Below, piece after piece: positions 23,608 to 34,788 of a DNA stretch of 64,000 nucleotides. Location: the NCBI GenBank assembly GCA_051941275.1, contig JAVEBF010000003.1, forward strand, positions 1 through 64,000, given 5' to 3'. A program made the position numbers and the translations under genes. Each line of letters opens with the position of its first letter. The first letter of the stretch is position 1. The DNA is from Dirinaria sp. TL-2023a. Its lineage: Eukaryota. The notes beneath the pieces are model-generated. The model did no database searches, was not told the DNA's origin, and worked only from the letters and a program-made list of their open reading frames with translations.

Positions 23608-25629
23608 TCATGCCGCAAGCAGCCCAATCCCGTCAACACCATCTCCAAAGTCCATGATCACTGTTCGACTGTCCTGACTGGCCGCCACTATACGCCGATA
23701 GTCTGCCTTGGCACTCAGTATCCAGCTCGTGGTCCAAGATGTGAAAGCCACGATTTGCTCTCCCGTCATGAAGTCGTACGCCCTGACACTCATGTCGTAG
23801 CTTCCACTCACGATTCGTCCGTTTGCATTGTCGAGATGAAGGGAACGGACGAGGTTCTTGAAACCGTTGAGCTCTCGCGTAAGCTCCCCTGAATTGGTGT
23901 CGAATTGGTAGATCACTTGATCGTTACCGCCGGCAAGGATGGTCCGAGAGTCAATGCTGAAATCGACGCAGGCCATGCCTCGGTCTCTGCTAGGAAATTC
24001 CTTGATGCAAAGCCCTGATGTCAAGTTCCAGAGCTTGGCAACCCCATCGCCGCTGGCGCTCACGATAAGTTCACCCCTTAGCCGGACCGAGTTCACAGGC
24101 CCACGGTGTCCTCTCATACGTCGAATTCTTTCTCCAGTATGGCGGTTCCAAAGACAGATGGTGGTGTCTTTTGAGCATGAAACAATGTGTTTGCTGTCGA
24201 AGCAAACGTCGAGGACGCCAGTATCGTGACCTACCAGGCGCCTGGCAAACTTGTAGTCGGCCTTCAGATCCCAGACGATGCATGTCCTGTCCGATGACCC
24301 TGTAACCATTATATCTTCGTCAAATTGCAAGCAAAGAATAGACCCTGTATGACGTTCACCAGCACCGACGCTGGCCTGCATATTGTGCTCTTGAGAGAAA
24401 TAGACTCGTGTGGGTCTGCCCGGCTGTCCGGTATTCCTTTCCGATATAAGGGGTTTGATAGTTGCAGTGGTTCTCTTTGGTAAACCTAACATTTTGATGC
24501 AGCGATAGGTTTTGGTGTCCCAGACGCGGACGGTCTGGTCCCGTGAGCCAGTAATGATCTTGCTTTCATCAAATTGCACGCAGTAAACACTGTCCGTATG
24601 CCCTTCAAGGTATATCGCAGCTGCTCTGCCATTTCTCCAGCGCGACTGCAATTCTTTGCGGGCTTTCAGCATTTTCTTCCAATCTTGATCTGGTATAGGT
24701 TTGCCTAAGCCTGCACCTTGGGTCGGAGTTCCGCCACCAGGTACCAATGCATTGTGTGTGGTCGCTTGAACGTCATTTTTAAATGCATGCCTCCAAACAA
24801 GGCGCTGACTTGCGGTATTGAACCATCGGCGAGATACGCGCTCTGCTCCTGCTAATGAGGTGGCGTCGAGATAGGATAATATTGCCGAAGTGATCTCCGA
24901 AGGAAATACTCCAAATGGATCTGCATTAGGACATGAGCGGCTGGCATACTCTGACGCACTGTATAACATACCTTTACGTATAACCGGAATGCTAGGATCC
25001 AACGAGTCCCCATTTTGCTCCGGAAAATCAATACCGATCCCACTCTCTGTATCCTTCGCGAGGCTTTGACCAATCAGCCTTGCTTTGTGAGGACTCACTA
25101 CTTCTTGATGCTGGAATCCGTCATTGCGGGCTCGGCTACCTCGAGAATGGCTCGGCCGCGCGGATTTATGGGCTGCTACTGCTGCTCTTGCTGCCGCTCC
25201 ACTAGAAGTCTCGACCGTCTTGTTGGGCCAATGATCTGGCAGTTGTGCAGTAGCATGGTCTCTACGCAACTGCACCTGGTGGGAAGGGACAGTGTCGAAA
25301 ACAACAGGATCATGACTCGATCTGAACCTAGTGCTCAGGGTGCGCCAGAAAGGAAGTGGGGATTTTGAAGTTGGCGACGTCGCAATGCAAGTACTCGGTA
25401 GATTTGGGTTCGTCACTGCTGGCGAAATACCACTGGCAGTTAAATTCTCGTAAGATCTTGGTTTCCACCGAAACGGGAGCGCTTTGTGCACCAGGTTCTG
25501 GGTGCATTTTTCACAGTCCTCGAGTGCTACACAGCCCAGTCCTTCTATCTCGGAAGGTTGGAGTGCATCTTCCTCAGGCTGCAAGGTCCTGCGCTTCCAA
25601 AATTTGTAGTTGATGGGTTTTTCTCTCAT
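23608..25629 (-). CDS. F-box/WD40-repeat SCF substrate adaptor (beta-TrCP/Pof11/FWD-1-like)
   Basis: F-box DPFGVFPSEITSAILSYLD..VSRRW and WD repeats beginning GHTDSVYCVQFD..ITGSRD. In-frame 51-nt intron 24921-24971. N-terminus uncertain. Confidence 0.87.
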   Translation of the reverse strand: MREKPINYKFWKRRTLQPEEDALQPSEIEGLGCVALEDCEKCTQNLVHKALPFRWKPRSYENLTASGISPAVTNPNLPSTCIATSPTSKSPLPFWRTLSTRFRSSHDPVVFDTVPSHQVQLRRDHATAQLPDHWPNKTVETSSGAAARAAVAAHKSARPSHSRGSRARNDGFQHQEVVSPHKARLIGQSLAKDTESGIGIDFPEQNGDSLDPSIPVIRKGMLYSASEYASRSCPNADPFGVFPSEITSAILSYLDATSLAGAERVSRRWFNTASQRLVWRHAFKNDVQATTHNALVPGGGTPTQGAGLGKPIPDQDWKKMLKARKELQSRWRNGRAAAIYLEGHTDSVYCVQFDESKIITGSRDQTVRVWDTKTYRCIKMLGLPKRTTATIKPLISERNTGQPGRPTRVYFSQEHNMQASVGAGERHTGSILCLQFDEDIMVTGSSDRTCIVWDLKADYKFARRLVGHDTGVLDVCFDSKHIVSCSKDTTICLWNRHTGERIRRMRGHRGPVNSVRLRGELIVSASGDGVAKLWNLTSGLCIKEFPSRDRGMACVDFSIDSRTILAGGNDQVIYQFDTNSGELTRELNGFKNLVRSLHLDNANGRIVSGSYDMSVRAYDFMTGEQIVAFTSWTTSWILSAKADYRRIVAASQDSRTVIMDFGDGVDGIGLLAA

Positions 25630-26525
25630 GACGAATTGATGTACTCATACGCACAATCCTGATCGCTTGCTCTGCACATCTGCAATGGGGAGGGAAGTCA
25701 GCTAACATGAAGCAAGTTAAAGTTGAAGAAGATTCAATGTAAAGTCAAGCGGGGCGTTAACAAACCTTTAAATGGACGCCTTGTGCATGGAGGCTTGAAG
25801 TGAAGCGTGAGTGGAAGCTGCGTGAACACTGACTGACTTCCAGGCGCAATGTTAGAGAGCGGTCCTGAAACACAGACCAAGACGTAGATACAATGGCAAC
25901 GCTGTGAAGTAAAGAGATTATGAGTGAGGCCAGTAGAATAGCATAGAAGAAGAGCAAAAGCAATGTCGAAGAGGGCAGCCTCGGTGTTTACATGCATGAG
26001 AGTCAGGCATGACCTTACCTAATATTAATGTAAGGTAACTTCCACATGGCAATCTGGATTCTGGCGCGGGAAATAAGCCTCGCCCGTCCGCCTGCCACCT
26101 CGCCCGCCTTGGCCTGTGGCGCAGAATAATAATAACCCCGGCCTCCTTGTTCCAATCACCCAAACAGTAGCTGCGTACAGTGATCAGGGCATCGAGGTGA
26201 GGTCCTGCAGGTCTCGTAGGTACCCTGTAGGTAAGTCTTACATTATCCACATCATAACAAAAATCGCACGAAGTACTATTCAGCTGCTTCTGGCCTGAGG
26301 AAACTTCGTCAGCCACGGAAAACGAACCTCGCAGGCTGGCTCCGTACATCGAGCGCTAAGATCGCTCGACACAACTTTCTGGTACAAAATGGCAAGGATT
26401 GTACCCCACTCTCTCCAATCTTAACCTTGGGCTTTAAATTTGTGGCTTTTCGCGGCGACGATTGTCTCTCATGTATCCTTGTGGCAAAGATATCCCGTCG
26501 ATCAAACACCAGGCCATCGATCATA

Positions 26526-27002
26526 ATGTGTGCACCGACAGTGTATAGGCTTTTCTTTCTCTACATCGAGCCGATGTCCGCCATAGTCGGTGCCTACTAT
26601 ACCTATCTCAAACAACACACGTACCTCAACTTGACCCATGCCGCTTCAGCCCCCCAGCGGGATATTCCCATATCGACGCAGATAGTCCTGTGTCAGCTTT
26701 CAAATTTATATCTGCTATTTGCCATGAATGAAGCGCTAGTTCTTCGTGCGACGTCCGATCTGGCCGTCTGGCGGACATTGCTTTTCTGCCTGCTGGTGGC
26801 AGACTTCGGCCACCTCTTCAGTGTTCATGCACTAGGAACGCGGTTGTATTGGGATGTATTCAATTGGAATGCCATGGACTGGGGGAATTTGGGCTTCGTT
26901 TATCTTGGAGCCTTGATGCGAGTGTCCTTTCTTGCCGGTATCGGCTTCCCAGATGCGAAACGAGGCTCAGGTCGAACCAAGACACGGCGAGCAAGAGCAT
27001 GA
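26526..27002 (+). CDS. Small multi-pass membrane protein of a conserved-looking fungal family, function unknown
   Basis: 158-aa ORF with about 4 hydrophobic segments and motifs YRLFFLYIEP, LLVADFGHL, WNAMDWGN. Confidence 0.75.
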   Translation: MCAPTVYRLFFLYIEPMSAIVGAYYTYLKQHTYLNLTHAASAPQRDIPISTQIVLCQLSNLYLLFAMNEALVLRATSDLAVWRTLLFCLLVADFGHLFSVHALGTRLYWDVFNWNAMDWGNLGFVYLGALMRVSFLAGIGFPDAKRGSGRTKTRRARA

Positions 27003-28128
27003 TGTAGCCGGATGACACGAAAGCCTTAATTATCGAAGGAAGCGGAGCCATGTAAGCCCCGTAATCCGGTCATTCGACTATGTTACCTCATCGGAGTCTC
27101 GTTCCAAAGATCGATCGAGCTGTCTCTTCAAACCTAGAGCTCACAAGGAGCGCTACGATTTAGTACTGCAGGCCACGAAGCCATTCTTGGGGGTTCTTTT
27201 GCGTCAGCATCAACCGCACATATTCAACTGTTACGAGCAGAGCTCTTGGGTAAGGCAGAGAATCAGCGGTCATTATTCATAAACAGCTACGTCAGCGTGG
27301 GTATCCCAATGATGCCTGCCCGCCTTGTCGTTGCGGAGAAAAGCACAGCTTAGCTGTAGAAGCCCACGCTGTCTAGCCCGGACAAAAACACAGTAGGTGA
27401 GGCTATGCCGGGCACTCCAAGAACCGCCTTCAAAGAAGAATGTTAAGGTAATGCAAACTCCTAAAATGAAGGAGTAAAAGCAGTCTACCCAGATTATTAG
27501 GTGAACAAAGTACAAAAGTTCCGAGCCGAGCATAAGGTGGAGAGCGAAATCGGTATTTGAGGAACACCGATTTTGACGATATTTAGGAAGCGGTCGAGAG
27601 GTAGAAACCAAGAAACGTCGAATGTACGTCTGTACCGATAAATTGAGCATCCTGCCCAAAGCATCCAGTTTCATGGCAAACAAAGTAGCCGGCGTGTTTT
27701 TTTTTCACATGCCAATCTTTGTCCCTCAGGAAATTGTGAGTGCAAATCCCTGGGTTGTTGAAGCTGGAGATTAAGTATGTAGCAGTTTTTCAAGGAAGAC
27801 TAGCGTTGATTGGTTTACAGTCCAACCTCATTCATGCTAGCGACTCAGTCTTGCCCTAGAGCTTATTCGTCAATCCATCTTGGCCACATTATTAACAACT
27901 CCACCTTCACTCGCTGGGTACTTGCAGATATAATTTTAGTAAAACCTATCATGCTTCTTCCTTCCAGAATATCATCGAGTTAAGATCACCAAGGACTTTG
28001 ATACCGCAAATATTGACATTAGACAACGATCTCTGTTGGAATTTTCGGCGGATTTCAAGTTATCATAATTAGTGCGCGCCGTCCTGAGGATTGCTCTGTG
28101 TTGTCGACTTGCAAAATTGGCGATCAAT

Positions 28129-28136
28129 TTGGCGGA
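28129..28136 (-). promoter_or_regulatory. Putative galacturonic-acid responsive element (GARE, CCNCCAA core)
   Basis: TCCGCCAA on the minus strand, about 195 bp upstream of the gaaA ATG. Confidence 0.45.
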
Positions 28137-28329
28137 TAGAACCGAGATTTATCCAGTGTGGAACTTCTTCCTTGCCCCGCAGATCGACCGTCATGGCTGT
28201 TCTCGTGGTAGTTGCCAGCTCTGTGCCTAAACCCTCAGACATTGGTGATTCGCAATACCTATACAAGCCGGATTGAAGTTTGGAAGTAATAAGACATCGT
28301 ACTCACGAATCCTAAAGTTGCCGGTAAAG

Positions 28330-29702
28330 ATGGCTCCTCCTAATATTCTCATGGTGAGGCTATTCGATAGGCGCTTCCCGGTCATACTTATCTTTCTTGA
28401 TAGGTAGGCAGTGGAGAATACACGACAGGCTTTGTCGCTGGCAGCGCTTCAAGCTCCGACAAGAAAGTAGGCGTTGTTGGGCTTACCCTTTTCGACTTGC
28501 GCCGGCGAGGGAAGGTAGGCAAGCTCAGCATGGCCGGCACGACAGGCACCAAATTCCCATCCGTTCGCGAGCATCTGCAACAGAATATATCCTCAGTCTA
28601 CAATGACCTCGACGTCTCATTCGATTCCTTTCCCTCTGACAGTACAATCAGTGACACGGACGCATACAAAACCGCCATCGATGCTCTCTCCTCAGGTGAC
28701 GCTATCTGCATCTTCACGCCCGACACCACCCACTATCCTATCGCCCTTTACGCCATCCGCCGCGGCATCCATGTCCTCCTCACGAAACCCGCCGTGAAGC
28801 TCCTCTCCCATCATCAACACCTCCTCGCCGAATCCATCAGACGGAACGTTGTGGTTTATGTCGAGCACCACAAGCGCTTCGATCCAGCCTACGCAGATGC
28901 GCGTTACCGTGCGAGGACTTTAGGCGATTTCAACTATTTCTACAGTTATATGAGTCAGCCGAAAGCGCAGCTCGAAACATTCAAAGCGTGGGCAGGGAAG
29001 GACAGTGATATATCGTACTACCTGAATTCGCATCATGTGGATGTTTGCGAGAGTATGGTGCCGGATTACAGGCCAGTAAGGGTTACGGCGAGCGGGTCCC
29101 GAGGGATAGCAGAGGGGCTGGGGTGCGTTGAGGGTACAGAGGACACAATAGCCCTGCTTGTCATGTGGCAGAAAAGGGACGACCCGACGAAGGTGGCAAC
29201 AGGAGTGTACACAGCGAGCTGGACGGCACCTCAGAGAGCAGGCGTGCACTCAAATCAATATTTCCATTGTCAGTAGCCGCTTTTATCGACTCTCCTCTCA
29301 ATCATGTTGCTACTACGTTCCAATGCTGACCATGATGTAGACCTTGCATCGGGCGGCGAAATCCGCATCGACCAAGCGAAGCGCGGCTACGATGTCTCTG
29401 CCGACGCAGACGGCCAGTTGATCTGGTATAACCCGTTCTACATGAAGTACGCACCTGACGAAGAGGGCAATTTCAATGGTCAAACCGGCTACGGGTATAT
29501 CAGCATTGAGAAGTTCGTCGATGCAGTCACAGCGTTTGAGAAGGAGACAATAAGTCTGAACGACTTGGATGACAGGGGCCTACCAACGTTGAAGAACACT
29601 ATTGTGACGACGGCGATACTAGAGGCGGGAAGGAGGAGCTTAGATGGTGGTGGCAAAGGCGTGGAGATTGTGGAAAGCGATGCCGGTCTAGAGCTGAAGT
29701 AA
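28330..29702 (+). CDS. gaaA: D-galacturonate reductase (Gfo/Idh/MocA family)
   Basis: MAPPNILM|VGSGEYTTGF..SDKKVGVVGLTLFDLRRRGKV, FTPDTTH, VEHHKRFDPAY and WAGKDSDISYYLNSHH. Introns about 28354-28403 and 29269-29340. Confidence 0.88.
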
Positions 29703-30879
29703 TACAAGCTTAGTAGGTTCAGCGCCCTCGACATAGTTAACAATGTGCTTATAAAGCCTAAAGCCAGGCATATACGGACTGATAGAACGGCATTAAGCCA
29801 ATGCACAATGAGCCATCGATTAAATTGTAAGAGCAAGATACATGTTCGCATCTCATTCAAGTTTCCATTACTCCTTGTTCATTGGCTCGACTAGGCGACA
29901 TAAATCGTATTACGCAGCTAACAGCAGAATAAAATCCCTTTCCCTTGACACTGACGCAGATGAAGATCTTCCATTCAGCCCCATCTTCACCTCGAAAAGC
30001 GTCAAGAACCAACCTACACGAGACTCTCGTCGATCACTATCAGCTTTGACATCACTCTGCCCACAATTTACGTCTTTCCCATCTCTGAGCTCTGCAATGG
30101 ACGCACTTCGACCGACGAACCCACCCCAAGCATGGACGACCAGGAACGAACATCCCCTCAACTGCATGCGCTGGTCGCCTTTAATTCCTCGCCACTTGCA
30201 GCGCGACATGTCATCCACCTTCCACGTTTTCTCCTCAGCTCTTTGGGACCGGCGGCCGCGAAGCTGTGATTGAAGCTACACTGGAAGAAGATCTTGAGCG
30301 AGATTAAAGGGAGAGGGAACTCGTGGGCGCCGACCGTGGGTAGGGGGAGTGGGAATAGTGCTGGTGATCGGAGAGGCGAAAGCGTGAGGTGGCGTGCTGA
30401 TGGCCCGGTTGGTGAGAAAGGGAACACGCCATGAGAAGATCGTAACGGGGGATATAGAGGAATATGCGAAGCAATTGGAGCTTGAAAATGGCGCTATTGG
30501 TATTAAAGCACCTGCATGAGAAAGAAAAAACACCAATGGCCTGTGAACTGGACAGCATCACTGCTTCATAGTCTGTATCCTAGACTTCCTTCTAGTACCC
30601 TACTCCTGACCATGTTTTCTCTCTCATATGCACGGCAGATTTGATCCAGGTCCCAGATTGGATCAATAGTCAGGTGAGTGGATCAAAATTTTTGAAATAG
30701 ACGTTGCCCCGTAGAATACCCTTGTGGGTCAGCCCCTCGATACTCGATACTTAGATCTTTTCCCCCACAACAAGGACTACAACATAAATTGAAAAGTTGC
30801 CAGTATCTAAGACATTTTTGGCTCGAAGGCAATAATTGTTGCGGTATACTCTATTCTGGCAACCCCCAAAAAGTAGCTC

Positions 30880-31974
30880 CTAGAAGCTATCCACTTCGAG
30901 GGCTACTGACCTCACACCAGCATCCCGTCGTAATTCGATCCTTGGCTCTTTCCTGGCAACGCGTTGCACTTGCGGTTCCTTCGTTTCCGGAGTTCTGTAA
31001 GCGATCTCAAACTTTGGTTTGCTCCTGTGTCGCCATTTTATAAGGAGATATATCAAGGTTATCAATACGATCGTAGCCAGCACTATCCCAATGCCTATAC
31101 CAACTTTAGCACCCGCTTTAAGGGTCTTCGAAGGTGCCACAGCTGACGCTCGCGCGGTGGCAGCTAAATGAGATGCTGTGGCAGATGGTAGCAGAGTCAT
31201 TTTCCGCATGGAGCCAGCTGATTTCGTTGTAGCTGAAGCAGATGATAAAGATGAAACACGTGATGAAGGTGCGCTCGATGACTCGGGTGAAGATGATAGT
31301 TGAGCCGTACGGGTTGATCGGGCTGCAGTCGGCCGAAAAAACTTCAAAGACGAAGAAGCCACTGAAATCGATGTCGGAATGGAGTAGCCAACGCGAGTGT
31401 AGTACGAGTCTAGTTGCCCGACCTCACTAGGAAGCTCAACAAATTTATTAAAATGTATCTTCTTTCTGCCATCCCCTTGATCGCAACAGGTCTGGTTCTT
31501 CGCATTCGGGCATACAGTATTGTCATCACAAACCGTCGTGTGCCGAGCCCATACCCAGGGTTGAAAGTGTCTCCCTTCCAAAGATTCTGATGATGATGTA
31601 AGTTTCCAAAAGGCCAAACGTGCTCTGGACGCTGATCGAGAGCAAGTGGAGAAAGAGATCCATACTCAAATCCAGAGGACATTCCTCATCCTCCCACGTT
31701 TTATCTGTACAAGTCCCTATTGCACGGACTGAGGATGCCGGTTCCATGCATTGGAAATTTGTGTCGCAGATCCAACCAGGTCTACAGCAGGCGCTCGCCT
31801 GAGCCAAGTTAGTTTGCCCAAAGGGAACCATGAGCAACATTCCAAACTGACTTTGGCATTGGGCTTGCACGGGAAATCTGTGCTCAAAGACTGATCTGGC
31901 TTGAAGCACGGCTCAACTTTGCAATCAGTGTAAGGTAGGAAGAAAGCGAGTAAACCGAAGCACGGTTTATACAT
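30880..31974 (-). CDS. Type I membrane protein: signal peptide, Cys-rich ectodomain, Ser/Thr stalk, one TM helix (Mid2/WSC-like architecture)
   Basis: C-x-PD, SACC..C..C, GTCTDKTW..CP and C..C..CC motifs. S/T-rich region followed by AKVGIGIGIVLATIVLITLIYLLIKWRHR. Two introns (about 31799-31851 and 31588-31665). Confidence 0.7.
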
Positions 31975-34760
31975 GATTTTCAACAAATCCGAAATGATTT
32001 CCTGAGAGGTCGGCCGGACACTGACGACCACAATGCTCATGATCGGACGGAATACATCAAGGAGAGATGTCAGGGAAATCTTATAGCAGACGGTACTAAT
32101 ATCACTTTCATTATTGAGGACTGCTGAAAGGTTTCAATAGTGCACACATTGCGAGGCTAGTTTGACTATATTCTGCCGTGTAACAGGTTCTCAGATAGGT
32201 CTCTCTTGATGCTACCCGGTCTGTAATGGTTGGTGGGTCCATGAAGTTCGAAGGCACGGGAGTGATGCCTCGTCCGTGCTCATACAGTGCAAAGCGCGAA
32301 CGTCTCGCCGGAGCAATGCTCATGAGCTAGTAGAGATAGTATCAGAGTCTAAGCTTTTGAGCATATTGGACGATTAGAAGTCTTAAGGTAATGCAAGGGA
32401 GACTGAATGATTCATACAACTTCTGGCTAAAAGCCTTGTTTTACTCGCTGTGGGACAACGCCAGGCGGATAATACCTCTCCAATGCCTTTAAGATCTGCT
32501 GCTGTTGATCGAACATAAATGCTTAGCCGATCCTATAGATGATAGAAGGTGAAGCAAAGGTGCGGGTTCTTGATTTATCAGGCGTCTTCGGTGTAGTACG
32601 GCAAAGCGATTTTCTTCGGCTGAGCGTAGCACACACACGCTCTGGATTCTGCCAAGTCAAACAACACAGCCCTTTTTTCTCTTCATCCTCAGGCGGTTTT
32701 GGAGTGCGGCTCATTTGCCACTGGAACCAGTAGATCTACAATGCCGATACATTGGGGCTCTTGAGTACGTGTTCTATCCATCCCTTTAACGCCGTGTCCT
32801 GTTGACTTTACATCCTTGCTCGGTTATACAATTTGAGCACAGCCTTCGAAGCAGCAGTGTTTGTATTTCAAGGTGAAGATCTTACGTACTGGCGCGGCTG
32901 GTTTTCTCGTTACTAAGGTATTTCAACGAAGTCTTGCTAAGCTCGCGATTGATGCGACCGTAGCTCTCTCACGATAGCCAATGCATACAGTTTCGGACCG
33001 GAGATTGAGAGTGGCTATCATGATGGCTTCTCCCTGTACGAAGGAGAAGTGCTGGCAGCTTAGATAGAGCCGAAGATTATACTTGGCGAGTATTAAATCA
33101 AGAATTTCCTGGCTTATGACGAGCTCAATAGGAGGTATCCAATTATAATTGCTTCCCTCATGGGCTGCTGAAGTCTTGTTGCTTATGACCGTCTGGTTGT
33201 TCTCTCCACTCTAACAATCGAAATCGCCTCATTTCTCTGAGGAATTTTAGCTCTTTGACAGGCCAATCATACTTTACCACATATATGGCTTGGGGACATG
33301 AGTCCATCTGACATGAGTATTAGGAAATCAGGTATTAACCCTTGACAGAAGGCAAAAATAAGCAGCTCCGCCATAGCAGCATCGACTAGACACTCGCAGC
33401 TTTCAACGCTGTCAACTCAAGTGCGATGCCAAAACTTCGTGCAAAAAAAAACTTTTACTTCGTATATATGAGTACGTTCTAACAAAGAGGGATCCAAAAA
33501 TGTGCTGGGTCGCCAATAATATCAGATAATTGCGCGTGCGTTTCTCTGCACATTGTTGCAAGAATGGTTGTCTGCTGCATTTCTATCACCGCTCAGGGTG
33601 AAATAGAAACCCAATTAAACGAATCCGAAGAGAAGCACTCGGCATGTTGGTTCGACGCAATGATCTTGATGGCCAGGGTTGTGCTGTCGAAAAACAATTG
33701 GGCTTCCCGGTCACTGATAGAGGTGATCGAGAGCATTAAACTTTGTCATCGAGTAGCAACGGCTACAATAGAAATAGCGCTAAACGGAAGAAAGGACAAG
33801 CAGTCTTCAGGACACAATGCAGTGGAAAGAGGAAAGATTTTTTTAGCGCGTTATTTAAGGGCCCGAGGGAGCTCTATCTTTGGCAGTCACTCCTCGAGCT
33901 GGACTCCATGAATGTCTCCATCAACTAGGCGGGGAAAACGCACCGTGTATCAATTGTGAGATTCGATCACTTGCCTTCGCGCTCAGGCATTCACACTGTT
34001 TCACGCATCACGAGCCGCTCAGGGACTTTCGGTTGATCTTTTACTATTTCTGAGGTGTATGGGCGAAGACTCCGTCTCGGATATTGCTTCTGGGAACAGT
34101 AGGAGAGATTGATAATTAGAGTGATGCATCGCCTCAGAAAGATTCCCCATCGAGTACTTCATCCGGATAGCGCGATGGACGTTTTAGCTGCAAAACCTGA
34201 CTTGGAAGATACATCCTACCAGTCATCTTGGGATGGTTCGTTGCAAACAGTGTTTCGGCGTGATGACTCTCGAGTCGGTAAGCGTAAATCCAGAAGCAAA
34301 TCGATCATCAACGGTTTGTAGTCCAGCACTATTGGCTTAGATACACGTTGTCACATCCAAAGCGACAAAGAATATAGCTCCTTCACCCAAACCCTTGTCA
34401 GCGATTAACGCGGTGGACACAGCCTTAAGAGCTTCGTTAATCGTTAACCTCCGAGGGAAAGATCACTCAATCTTATAGACAGCAATAGTAATAATGATCA
34501 GGTTCGTAATCAGCGGTACGCAAACAGTGTTTGAAATGGCGGATCAATAAGGTAACCCGTTCATTAATTTCGGGGCCACTTCTCATTTTGCGATCGGCGT
34601 AGCAGTGATACGATGAATTCGAAAACAAGCATGCACACATGCTTGGCTTTACTTATCTCGGACTCATGAAATAGGGATGATTTAGAAACTAGGTTTTTCT
34701 TGGGAGGATATCATTCGTGGGCCTGGAGCATCGGAGATTTCTACAGTTTGCTCCGAATAC

Positions 34761-34788
34761 AGTGGTAGTGGTAGTGGTAGTGGTAGTG
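34761..34788. repeat. (AGTGGT)n microsatellite
   Basis: About 4.7 perfect hexamer copies. Confidence 0.85.

Noticed and set aside
29842..30561. Cluster of overlapping short ORFs downstream of gaaA
   Set aside because: No consistent frame, splice pattern or recognisable domain.
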